Source: Cypionkella sp. (GTDB taxonomy: Bacteria > Pseudomonadota > Alphaproteobacteria > Rhodobacterales > Rhodobacteraceae). Taken from it: 64,000 nucleotides of DNA. The DNA is taken from the NCBI GenBank assembly GCA_031422555.1, contig JANPLZ010000056.1:1026-65025 (forward strand), read 5' to 3'. Within the stretch, counting starts at the first letter, position 1, and every line of letters begins with the position of its first letter. The notes under the pieces were generated by a model. It made no database searches and was not told where the DNA came from. It was given only the letters and a program-made list of their open reading frames with translations. Below are positions 56,024 through 64,000 of the stretch, one piece after another. Position numbers and translations under genes: made by a program.

Positions 56024-56610
56024 CCGTCCGGGTCAAACCGGGCCTGCGCCGCAATCGCCACCGCCAACTGTGTATGATAATCGGCACGGCTGATGTCCAC
56101 CGCGCCCAAGGACGCCAGATGCGGGGTCAGGAATTGGGTGTCAAACAGCCGGAAGCCGCCCGCGCGCAGCCGGTGCATCAGATAGGCAAGCGCGATTTTT
56201 GACGCATTGGTGCGGTGCGAAAACATCGACTCGCCAAAAAACGCCGCTCCCAAAGCCACGCCGTAAACGCCGCCCACCAGCGTATCATCGTGCCAAACTT
56301 CAAGGCTGTGGGCGAAGCCTGCGGCGTGCAAGGCGTCGTAAAGCGCCGCGATATCGGCGTTGATCCAGGTCTCGGCGCGGTCAGCACAGGCGGCAACAAC
56401 CCGGGAAAACGCGCTGTTGGTTCGAATAGTGCAAGGACTATGGCAAATTTCGCGGGCCAACCGGCGGGAAATGTGGAAATTATCCAAAGGAAACACACCG
56501 CGGCGTTTTGGATCAACCCAATGGATTTCGGCGTCATTGCGGCTTTGCGCCATGGGGAATATCCCCAGCGCATAGGCGCGCAACAACATCTCTGGCGTGA
56601 TGGTTTGCAT
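55906..56610 (-). CDS. aat: Leucyl/phenylalanyl-tRNA--protein transferase
   Basis: 'LLRAYALGIFPM', 'HSLEVWHDDTLVGGVYGVALGAAFFGESMFS' and 'ASKIALAYLM' are the conserved Aat core. The C-terminal roughly 40 codons are low-complexity and overlap the convergent DUF2155 gene. Confidence 0.85.
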   Translation of the reverse strand: MQTITPEMLLRAYALGIFPMAQSRNDAEIHWVDPKRRGVFPLDNFHISRRLAREICHSPCTIRTNSAFSRVVAACADRAETWINADIAALYDALHAAGFAHSLEVWHDDTLVGGVYGVALGAAFFGESMFSHRTNASKIALAYLMHRLRAGGFRLFDTQFLTPHLASLGAVDISRADYHTQLAVAIAAQARFDPDGYCPSAASVSSAGASPSAGTSSTAGSAKSATSQRNTQTS

Positions 56611-56650
56611 CAGCGCCCTTCAGCGCCGCGCCGCGCAGACCGCCCAAAAT

Positions 56651-58000
56651 TTAGCTGCCAAACTGCACTTCCAGCCATTTTTCCAGCCAATGGATGTTGT
56701 ATTCGCCATTCTGAATGTCAGGCTCGGCCAACAGCATGTCAAACAGCGGCACCGAGGTTTCAATGCCGTCGATGATCAACTCACCCAAGGCGCGCCGCAA
56801 CCGGGCCAGCGCCTCGGGACGGTCGCGGCCATGCACGATCAGTTTTCCGATCAGACTGTCGTAATAGGGCGGGATCGAATAGCCGGAATACAGCGCCGAA
56901 TCCATCCGCACACCGAAACCGCCCGGCGCATGAAACATCCGAACCTTGCCGGGGCAGGGGGTAAAATTCGGCAATTTCTCGGCGTTGATGCGCACTTCGA
57001 TGGCGTGGCCGTTTATTTCCAGCTCGTCTTGGGAGAACGACATCGGCAGACCCGCCGCCACCCGGATTTGTTCACGCACGAGGTCAACGCCGAAAATTGC
57101 CTCGGTGACGGGGTGTTCCACCTGCAGCCGGGTGTTCATCTCGATAAAGAAAAATTCACCGTCTTCATACAGAAACTCAATCGTGCCCGCGCCGATATAG
57201 TTGATGCTGGCCACCGCATCAGCACAGATTTTGCCGATTTTGGCGCGCAAGGCGGGGGTGATCACCGGGCCGGGGGCCTCTTCAAACACTTTCTGGTGGC
57301 GGCGCTGCAAGCTGCAATCGCGCTCTCCCAGATGCACAGCGCGGCCCTTGCCATCGCCAAACACCTGAATTTCGATGTGACGCGGCTTTTGCAGATATTT
57401 CTCGATATAGACTTCGTCGTTGCCAAAGGCCACTTTGGATTCGGCCCGCGCGGTGCGAAAGGCAATCTCCAGCTCTTCGGGGTTCTTGGCCACTTTCATG
57501 CCGCGCCCGCCGCCACCTGCGGTGGCTTTGATGATCACCGGAAAGCCGATATCGGCTGCGACGCCGATGGCGGTTTCGAAATCCGGCACGCCGCCGGGCG
57601 ATCCGGGCACCACCGGAATGCCAAGCGCCTTGGCTGTTTCCTTGGCGGTGATCTTATCGCCCATGATGCGGATATGATCTGCCGTGGGGCCGATAAAGGT
57701 GATACCATGATCCTGCAAGGCTTGGGCAAAAGCCGCGTTTTCACTGAGAAAGCCATAGCCCGGATGCACCGCCTGCGCGCCGGTGATCTCGCACGCCGAG
57801 ATGATCGCGGCCTTTGACAAATAGCTGGCCGAAGACGGTGCCGGGCCGATGCACACAGATTCGTCAGCCATCCGCACATGCATGGCGTCAGCGTCGGCGG
57901 TGGAATGCACCGCCACCGATTTGATGCCCATTTCGCGGGCGGCGCGGATCACACGCAGGGCAATCTCACCCCGGTTTGCGATCAGGATTTTGTCAAACAT
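56651..58000 (-). CDS. accC: Acetyl-CoA carboxylase biotin carboxylase subunit
   Basis: '[20 protein letters not shown]', ATP-grasp 'GGGGRGM', '[14 protein letters not shown]'. Confidence 0.95.
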   Translation of the reverse strand: MFDKILIANRGEIALRVIRAAREMGIKSVAVHSTADADAMHVRMADESVCIGPAPSSASYLSKAAIISACEITGAQAVHPGYGFLSENAAFAQALQDHGITFIGPTADHIRIMGDKITAKETAKALGIPVVPGSPGGVPDFETAIGVAADIGFPVIIKATAGGGGRGMKVAKNPEELEIAFRTARAESKVAFGNDEVYIEKYLQKPRHIEIQVFGDGKGRAVHLGERDCSLQRRHQKVFEEAPGPVITPALRAKIGKICADAVASINYIGAGTIEFLYEDGEFFFIEMNTRLQVEHPVTEAIFGVDLVREQIRVAAGLPMSFSQDELEINGHAIEVRINAEKLPNFTPCPGKVRMFHAPGGFGVRMDSALYSGYSIPPYYDSLIGKLIVHGRDRPEALARLRRALGELIIDGIETSVPLFDMLLAEPDIQNGEYNIHWLEKWLEVQFGS

Positions 58001-58006
58001 CGCCGC

Positions 58007-58501
58007 TTACTCGATGATCATCAAAGGGGCGCCGTATTCGACGGAATTGCCATCGGCAACCAGAATGCGCTTGACGGTGCCTGCGCGCGGGGCGGGAATG
58101 TGGTTCATGGTTTTCATCGCTTCGATGATCAGCACCGTCTGGCCTTCGGTCACGGTTGCACCAACGGTGACAAACGCGGCGGCACCGGGTTCTGCCGACA
58201 AATAGCACGTGCCAACCATCGGTGATGTCACAGCGCCGGGGTGTTGCGCGGGATCTTCGGGGGCGGCGGGCGAGGGTGCTGCGGCAGCGCCCGGCGCTGC
58301 ATGGGCGGATGGCGGGGCGTAGTGCATTTGCGGTGCTGCGGCCATTTGCACAACGGTGGATTGTTTCATCACCCGCACTTCCAGGCTGTCATCACTGCCG
58401 TATTCGCGTTTGACCGACAGTTCGGTCAGCTCATTCTTGTTCAAAAGTTCGGCCAAGGCGGAAATGAACGCAACGTCGGCGTCTGTTGATTGTTTGCTCA
58501 T
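58007..58501 (-). CDS. accB: Acetyl-CoA carboxylase biotin carboxyl carrier protein
   Basis: From the ATG at 58501 (GAGGA RBS). Ala/Pro-rich linker and C-terminal biotinylation motif 'LIIEAMKTMNHI' (AMKM-type). Confidence 0.9.
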   Translation of the reverse strand: MSKQSTDADVAFISALAELLNKNELTELSVKREYGSDDSLEVRVMKQSTVVQMAAAPQMHYAPPSAHAAPGAAAAPSPAAPEDPAQHPGAVTSPMVGTCYLSAEPGAAAFVTVGATVTEGQTVLIIEAMKTMNHIPAPRAGTVKRILVADGNSVEYGAPLMIIE

Positions 58502-58643
58502 GCCGTCCTCTGGTTGGCTATTTTCGGGCGGGCAGGGGCAAAGCCCGGCCAATGGTTTTGTTTGTATACCCGACGGGGCGATGGGAAAAAAGGCCCTTGA
58601 CGCAGTCACCGCAAAATCCCTGCAAAATCCGGGGTGGGCAAAA

Positions 58644-58659
58644 TTTACCGTTTGATAAA
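58644..58659 (+). promoter_or_regulatory. Imperfect palindrome TTTACCGTTTGATAAA, candidate RutR-type operator upstream of preT
   Basis: By my alignment it matches the E. coli RutR box TTGACCAnnTGGTCAA at 10 of 14 defined positions. It lies 67 nt upstream of the preT ATG in the accB/preT divergent region. Confidence 0.25.
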
Positions 58660-58725
58660 AAAATAAGCCTATGGCACGCTGATCAAATCATAGCCAAAAG
58701 GACCGCCGCCTTGTCCAACAGCCAA

Positions 58726-60021
58726 ATGACGCCCGGCATTGCCGCCAACCGTTTGCCCGCCGCCGCCTATATCGACAATTTCACCGATGTGCAGGCGGCA
58801 TTTGATCCGCATGAGGCGCGGGTGGCGTCAGACCGGTGCTATTTCTGCCACGACGCGCCCTGCATTACCGCTTGTCCGACCAGCATCGATATTCCGTTGT
58901 TCATCCGCCAGATCGCCACCGGCACGCCCGATGCGGCGGCCAAAACCATCTTTGCGCAAAACATCATGGGCGGCATGTGCGCCCGGGTTTGCCCCACAGA
59001 ACAGCTCTGCGAAGAGGCCTGCGTGCGTGAGGCTGCCGAGGGCAAGCCGGTAGAAATTGGCCGTTTGCAACGCTTTGCCACTGACAGTCTGATGTCCAAG
59101 GGCATTCATCCTTTCACCCGGGCCGCACTTTCGGGCTACCGCGTGGCCGTGGTAGGCGCGGGGCCTGCGGGTCTGTCTTGCGCGCACAGGCTGGCGCTGC
59201 TGGGCCACGAGGTGACGGTGTTTGAACGGCTGCCCCGCGCGGGCGGGCTGAATGAATACGGCATCGCCACTTATAAGACCCCGGATGATTATGCGGCGGC
59301 CGAAGTGGACTGGCTGCTGAAAATCGGTGGGATCACGGTGAAAACCGGGGTGGAACTGGGCCGCGACATCACACTGGCCGGGTTGCAGGCCGATTATGAC
59401 GCGGTGTTTCTGGGCATTGGTCTGGCGGGGGTGAATGCGCTGCGCAGCGCGGGTGAAGATCTGGCGGGCGTGCGCAGCGCCGTTGAATTCATTGCGGAAT
59501 TGCGGCAAGTGGCGGACAAATCAACCCTGCCGATTGGCCGCGATGTGGTGGTGATCGGGGGGGGGATGACGGCGGTGGATGCCGCGGTGCAATCCAAACT
59601 GTTGGGCGCGCAGAACGTGACCATCGTCTACCGCCGTGGCCGCGACAAGATGAGCGCAAGTGGTTATGAGCAAGACCATGCCGCCCAGATCGGTGTCCGT
59701 ATCCTTTATAACGCAGCCCCGGTGCGGGTGTTGGGCGAAGCGCAGGCCGAGGCGGTTGAATTTGCCTATACCAGCGACGGGCCGGATGGTTTGGCCCTGT
59801 CGGCGGAAACCTTTACCCTGAAGGCCGATCAGGTGTTCAAGGCCATCGGCCAAACCCTGACCGCCGCCCCGATTGCCCGCGACGGTGGCAAACTGGTCAC
59901 GCGCGCGGGCCGCGTTTGGGCGGGCGGCGACTGTGCTGCGGGCGGGGCTGATCTGACGGTCACCGCCGTGGCCGAGGGCCGCGATGCGGCGATGGATATT
60001 CATGCAAGTCTGATGGCTTGA
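58726..60021 (+). CDS. preT: NAD-dependent dihydropyrimidine dehydrogenase subunit PreT (GltD-like)
   Basis: 'CYFCHDAPCITACPTSIDIPLFI' and 'CARVCPTEQLCEEAC' are Fe-S motifs. 'VAVVGAGPAGLSCA' and 'VVVIGGGMTAVDAA' are dinucleotide folds. Confidence 0.8.
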   Translation: MTPGIAANRLPAAAYIDNFTDVQAAFDPHEARVASDRCYFCHDAPCITACPTSIDIPLFIRQIATGTPDAAAKTIFAQNIMGGMCARVCPTEQLCEEACVREAAEGKPVEIGRLQRFATDSLMSKGIHPFTRAALSGYRVAVVGAGPAGLSCAHRLALLGHEVTVFERLPRAGGLNEYGIATYKTPDDYAAAEVDWLLKIGGITVKTGVELGRDITLAGLQADYDAVFLGIGLAGVNALRSAGEDLAGVRSAVEFIAELRQVADKSTLPIGRDVVVIGGGMTAVDAAVQSKLLGAQNVTIVYRRGRDKMSASGYEQDHAAQIGVRILYNAAPVRVLGEAQAEAVEFAYTSDGPDGLALSAETFTLKADQVFKAIGQTLTAAPIARDGGKLVTRAGRVWAGGDCAAGGADLTVTAVAEGRDAAMDIHASLMA

Positions 60022-60034
60022 AGGGACACGTATC

Positions 60035-61333
60035 ATGGCAGAGCTGACAACCAATTTCATCGGCATCAAATCTCCCAACCCGTTCTGGCTGGCCTCGGCG
60101 CCGCCCACGGATAAGGAATACAACGTGCGCCGCGCCTTTGCCGCCGGGTGGGGCGGGGTGGTGTGGAAAACCTTGGGGTCCGAAGGCCCGCCGGTGGTGA
60201 ACGTCAACGGCCCGCGCTATGGTGCTGTCTGGGGCGCGGACCGGCGCCTGTTAGGCCTGAACAACATCGAGTTGATCACCGACCGTCCGCTGGCGGTGAA
60301 CCTGCGCGAGATAAAGTCGGTCAAGCGCGACTATAAAGACCGCGCCATGATCATCAGCCTGATGGTGCCCTGCGATGAGATTTCGTGGCGCGATATCCTT
60401 GCCCATTGCGAAGATACCGAAGCGGACGGGGTCGAGTTGAACTTTGGTTGCCCGCATGGCATGGCCGAACGCGGCATGGGCGGTGCGGTGGGGCAAGTGC
60501 CCGAATATATCGAGATGATCACCCGCTGGTGCAAGATGCACACCCGTATGCCGGTGATCGTAAAATTAACCCCCAATATCAGCGACATCCGTAAACCCGC
60601 CGAGGCCGCCAAACGCGGTGGCGCGGATGCGGTATCGCTGATCAACACCATCAATTCGATCACCTCGGTCAATCTGGATGATTTTGCACCCGAACCGATG
60701 ATCGACGGCAAAGGCACCCATGGCGGCTATTGCGGGCCTGCGGTCAAGCCGATTGCGTTGAACATGGTGGCGGAAATTGCCCGCAGCCGCGAAACCCACG
60801 GCCTGCCAATCTCGGGCATCGGCGGCATCACCACATGGCGCGATGCGGCGGAATTCATGGCCTTGGGCGCGGGCAACGTGCAGGTTTGCACCGCCGTGAT
60901 GACCTATGGGTTCAAGATTGTTGCGGAAATGATATCGGGCCTGTCCGACTATATGGACGCCAAAGGCATGGCCAGCACCGCCGATCTGGTGGGCCGCGCG
61001 GTGCCGAATGTGACCGACTGGCAATTCCTGAACCTGAATTACGTGACCAAAGCGGTGATTTCCCAAGATGACTGCATCAAATGCGGGCGCTGCTATGCCG
61101 CCTGCGAAGACACCAGCCATCAGGCGATTTCGATGTCGCCCGACAGGGTGTTCAAAGTGATGGATGATGAATGCGTGGCCTGCAATCTGTGCGTCAACGT
61201 CTGCCCGGTGGAAAACTGCATCACCATGGTTGAAGTGCCTTTGGGTGCTGTCGACGAACGCACCGGGCGCAAGGTTGTCGATTATGGCAACTGGACAACA
61301 CATCCGAACAATCCATCGGTGGCGGCGGAATAG
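60035..61333 (+). CDS. preA: NAD-dependent dihydropyrimidine dehydrogenase subunit PreA (DHODH-like plus 2x 4Fe-4S)
   Basis: 'NPFWLASAPPT', 'ELNFGCPHGM' and C-terminal 'CIKCGRCYAAC...CVACNLCVNVCP'. Confidence 0.85.
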   Translation: MAELTTNFIGIKSPNPFWLASAPPTDKEYNVRRAFAAGWGGVVWKTLGSEGPPVVNVNGPRYGAVWGADRRLLGLNNIELITDRPLAVNLREIKSVKRDYKDRAMIISLMVPCDEISWRDILAHCEDTEADGVELNFGCPHGMAERGMGGAVGQVPEYIEMITRWCKMHTRMPVIVKLTPNISDIRKPAEAAKRGGADAVSLINTINSITSVNLDDFAPEPMIDGKGTHGGYCGPAVKPIALNMVAEIARSRETHGLPISGIGGITTWRDAAEFMALGAGNVQVCTAVMTYGFKIVAEMISGLSDYMDAKGMASTADLVGRAVPNVTDWQFLNLNYVTKAVISQDDCIKCGRCYAACEDTSHQAISMSPDRVFKVMDDECVACNLCVNVCPVENCITMVEVPLGAVDERTGRKVVDYGNWTTHPNNPSVAAE

Positions 61334-61389
61334 AAGATTTTTCGCCGAAAAATCTTCGGCTGCCAAAAAATTTTCGCCGAAAATTTTTA
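61334..61389 (+). repeat. Intergenic repeat family 2, second long copy
   Basis: AAGATTTTTCGCCGAAAAATCTTCGGCTGCCAAAAAATTTTCGCCGAAAATTTTTA starts 1 nt after the preA stop. It is collinear with 54583-54652 but its arms are less complementary. Confidence 0.5.
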
Positions 61390-61391
61390 TG

Positions 61392-61637
61392 TCAACAGAT
61401 CAGTTTCATTTGCCCTGCGTTGCAGATCACAATGAATTGGCCACCGATTTCGACCAGATGAAAGCCGCGGTTGCGCACTTCGCGTTCAAACGCGGCGCGG
61501 CCGATTTCGCGTTCAACGTCGCGGACGGCCCGCCGGATTACGCCGCCCTTTTGGATGGCCTTGGCGGTGAACATGGCATCGCACCATTTGGCATTCGGCA
61601 TCGGTGGGGTAAACATCTGCATGACTGCAGGGTTCAC
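61392..61637 (-). CDS. Small conserved hypothetical protein (about 70-81 aa)
   Basis: The translation has normal composition ('GGVIRRAVRDVEREIGRAAFEREVRNRGFHLVEIGGQFIVICNAGQMKLIC') and resembles small alphaproteobacterial proteins I recall only vaguely. The start is uncertain. Confidence 0.4.
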   Translation of the reverse strand: MNPAVMQMFTPPMPNAKWCDAMFTAKAIQKGGVIRRAVRDVEREIGRAAFEREVRNRGFHLVEIGGQFIVICNAGQMKLIC

Positions 61638-61664
61638 GATTCTGGTTAAAATTCGGTAAACCGA

Positions 61665-63602
61665 TCAGATCGCCAGTTGCTGACCCATTTCCACCACCCG
61701 GTTTGACGGCAGGCAATAAAACGCTGTGGCGTCGGATGCGGATTTTGTCAGCGAGATATAGACCCGCTCTTGCCAGAATGGCAGGCCCTGATGGCGGGCG
61801 GCGCGGAACGAGCGGCGGTTCAAAAAGAACGAGGTCGTCATGATGTCAAACTTTTCGCCCCGCCGCCGCGCCAGAGCCAAAGCCTTGGGAACATTGGGGG
61901 TTTCCATATAGCCAAACACCATGTTTACCCGAACGAATTTTTCGTTCAGCCGCTCCAGCGTCAGGCGGGCATCGTCGTTGACGGTCGGCGACGGGGCCAC
62001 TGTGACGGTGACGATAAAGTTCTGGCTGTGCAAAACCCGGTTGTGTTTGATGTTGTGCATCAGCGCTGACGGGGCAGTATCAGGATCCTGCGTCAGAAAG
62101 ACGGCGGTGCCCGGCACTTCGATCGGGCGGGATTTTTCCAGCATGCCGATCAGCTTGACCAACGGCACCGCCGATTCCGCCGCCTTGCGCTTGACGTGTT
62201 TGGTGCCGCGCACCCAGGTCCAGACCAGAAAGCACATGGTGGCTGCCATCAGCACCGGCACATAGCCGCCATCGGGGATCTTTACCATATTGGCCGCCAG
62301 AAACACCGTTTCCGCCAGCAAGATCGGCACCATCACCGCCAAAACGCCCCACAACGGCCATTTCCACGCTTTCAGGAACAGGATGAACGCCAGAATAGAG
62401 GTGATCACCATATCGCCGGTCACTGCGATACCATAAGCCGAGGCAAGGTTCGAGGAAGAGCCGAAAATCACCACCAGACACAGCACGCCCACCATCAGGA
62501 TGGTGTTGACCTTGGGCAGATAAATCTGCCCCAACTGGGTGTCCGAGGTGTGGCGGATTTCCAGACGCGGCAGCAGGCCCATTTGCACCGCTTGTTGCAT
62601 CATCGAAAACGCGCCCGAAATCACCGCTTGGCTGGCGATCACCGTGGCCGCCATGGCAAGGATCACCAAAGGCAGCAAGGCCCAGGCCGGTGCCATCTGG
62701 AAAAACGGATTTTCCGCGGTTTCAGGATGCGCCAGCACCAAAGCGCCTTGGCCAAGATACGACAGCGTCAGCGCGGGAAAGATCAAAATGGCCCAAGCCA
62801 GCCGGATCGGGCGGCGGCCAAAATGGCCCATATCGGCATAAAGCGCCTCACCACCGGTGACGGCCAGAAACACCGACCCCAGCACGATAAAGCTGGCCCG
62901 GCCATTTTCCACAAGGAAACTGGCGGCATACCACGGGTTCAGCGCTGCAAGAATGCCGATGTCGTCAAAGATATGGCCGATGCCCATCACTGCCATCACC
63001 ACAAACCACGTCACCATGATCGGGCCAAAAAACGTTGACACCCGTTCGGTGCCCTGGCTTTGAAACAAGAACAGCCCCAGAATGATCACAATGGTCAGCG
63101 GCACCACATAATCGGCAAACTGCGGCGTCACCAGTTTCAAGCCTTCGACCGCCGACAGCACCGACATCGCCGGGGTGATGATCGCATCGCCAAAAAACAG
63201 CGAAATGCCCACAACGCCGATGGCCAGCAGCCACCCCGGACGGCGTTTCAGCGCCTGTTGCACCAAGGCCACCAGCGAAAGCGTGCCACCTTCGCCTTTG
63301 TTGTCGGCGCGCATGATCAACAAGACATATTTGATCGTGACGATCAGGATCAACGTCCAGATCAACAGCGAGATGACGCCGATCACTTCATGCCGCGCAA
63401 GGCCATTGCCGCCCGCCGCATGCAACGATTCCCGCAACGCATAAAGCGGGCTGGTGCCGATATCACCGTAAACCACACCAATGCAGCCCAGCACCAATTT
63501 TGGTAGATTTTTCTGCGGGTTATGATCTGATTTCGCAGCCTTGTCTGGGGGGGATTGCCCCTTGTCCGGCGTGGCTTTGGTCGTCGTCATTACGTGCACC
63601 AT
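61665..63602 (-). CDS. kup: KUP/HAK/KT family potassium transporter
   Basis: 'LGCIGVVYGDIGTSPLYAL' is the signature N-terminal motif. About 12 TM stretches plus a cytoplasmic C-terminal domain. The start may instead be the ATG at 63590. Confidence 0.9.
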   Translation of the reverse strand: MVHVMTTTKATPDKGQSPPDKAAKSDHNPQKNLPKLVLGCIGVVYGDIGTSPLYALRESLHAAGGNGLARHEVIGVISLLIWTLILIVTIKYVLLIMRADNKGEGGTLSLVALVQQALKRRPGWLLAIGVVGISLFFGDAIITPAMSVLSAVEGLKLVTPQFADYVVPLTIVIILGLFLFQSQGTERVSTFFGPIMVTWFVVMAVMGIGHIFDDIGILAALNPWYAASFLVENGRASFIVLGSVFLAVTGGEALYADMGHFGRRPIRLAWAILIFPALTLSYLGQGALVLAHPETAENPFFQMAPAWALLPLVILAMAATVIASQAVISGAFSMMQQAVQMGLLPRLEIRHTSDTQLGQIYLPKVNTILMVGVLCLVVIFGSSSNLASAYGIAVTGDMVITSILAFILFLKAWKWPLWGVLAVMVPILLAETVFLAANMVKIPDGGYVPVLMAATMCFLVWTWVRGTKHVKRKAAESAVPLVKLIGMLEKSRPIEVPGTAVFLTQDPDTAPSALMHNIKHNRVLHSQNFIVTVTVAPSPTVNDDARLTLERLNEKFVRVNMVFGYMETPNVPKALALARRRGEKFDIMTTSFFLNRRSFRAARHQGLPFWQERVYISLTKSASDATAFYCLPSNRVVEMGQQLAI

Positions 63603-63680
63603 GGGCTAAACAGACCCCGCCCTCTATACGTTTGCCCGCCCTCCGTCCAGCGTGACGATGGGTATCATGTCTGCGGCGCG

Positions 63681-64000
63681 TCAGGGCAGCGTATCAGGGT
63701 GGGGGGCCAGCAACCGGGCAAATAGGGTTTGCAAAAATTCGCTGGCCTCGGCGAAAGGGTCATGGCCCGGCCCAAGAACGGCGCGCACTTGCACGTCAAA
63801 ATCGGCGTAATGCTGGGTCAGGGCCCAGATCGAGAACAGCAGATGCACCGGATGCATCCGCGCGATGCGGCCCTGATCCATCCACAGCGTCAGGACGGCG
63901 GCCTTTTCATCGACCAGGGTTTTCAACTCGCCCTCGATGACCGCCCGCATGCGGGGCGCGCCTTGCAAGATCTCATTGGCGAACAGGCGGCTTTCGCGGG
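63681..64000 (-). CDS. TetR family regulator, RutR-like, C-terminal part (N-terminus outside window)
   Basis: The frame stays open to the window edge: '...RESRLFANEILQGAPRMRAVIEGELKTLVDEKAAVLTLWMDQGRI...HLLFSIWALTQHYADF'. This resembles the RutR/YcdC-type C-terminal domain. Confidence 0.6.
   Translation of the reverse strand, partial: RESRLFANEILQGAPRMRAVIEGELKTLVDEKAAVLTLWMDQGRIARMHPVHLLFSIWALTQHYADFDVQVRAVLGPGHDPFAEASEFLQTLFARLLAPHPDTLP

Noticed and set aside
1-64000. CRISPR arrays, IS elements or transposases, prophage genes, restriction-modification, toxin-antitoxin or other defence systems.
   Set aside because: Reading both strands, I found no regularly spaced repeat array. No ORF has transposase, integrase, nuclease, methylase or other defence hallmarks. 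The only repeats are the two short intergenic families reported above.

Overview
High-GC (by eye above 60%) alphaproteobacterial chromosome segment with Rhodobacteraceae/roseobacter-type gene content. It is almost entirely housekeeping and catabolic genes. I saw no CRISPR array, transposase, integrase, phage gene or recognisable defence or toxin system. In order: the rpoD 3' end; a small AT-richer islet with a secreted Rap1a/Tai4-like protein; an acuI plus crotonase pair; a HAD phosphatase and SorC-type regulator followed by the Rhodobacter-type polyol operon smoEFGK-smoS-mtlK; an inositol-dehydrogenase-like gene and an Rrf2 regulator. Next is a roughly 12 kb block of poorly characterised nitrogen-compound catabolism genes. 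It holds a TMADH-family flavoprotein, a C-N hydrolase, a PotABCD-like importer, a LuxR-type regulator, a Rieske oxygenase / FMO-like / RidA / DUF1028 operon and a TetR regulator. After a glycerate kinase and a Gfo/Idh/MocA gene comes a C2-sulfonate (taurine-type) dissimilation island, tpa-tauR-xsc-tauE-ackA-soeABC. A choline-kinase-like gene and a dimethylglycine-dehydrogenase-like gene are tightly appended to it. The rest is a GH3 hydrolase, tRNA-Asn, an MBL hydrolase, an HMA-MauE membrane protein, a histidine kinase with no adjacent regulator, a YnjBCD-like ABC transporter, a CDP-alcohol phosphatidyltransferase, clpP-clpX, NDUFA12-like / mlaD / DUF2155 genes, aat, accBC, preTA, kup and a RutR-like TetR fragment. 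The candidates most worth follow-up are the two uncharacterised oxygenase/amine modules (13.2-25.5 kb) and the kinase plus FAD-GcvT pair fused onto soeABC. Two short intergenic repeat families sitting just after stop codons are also worth a look. All calls come from reading the ORF translations and raw sequence. No database search was possible, so family names rest on recognised motifs and on my memory of the families.
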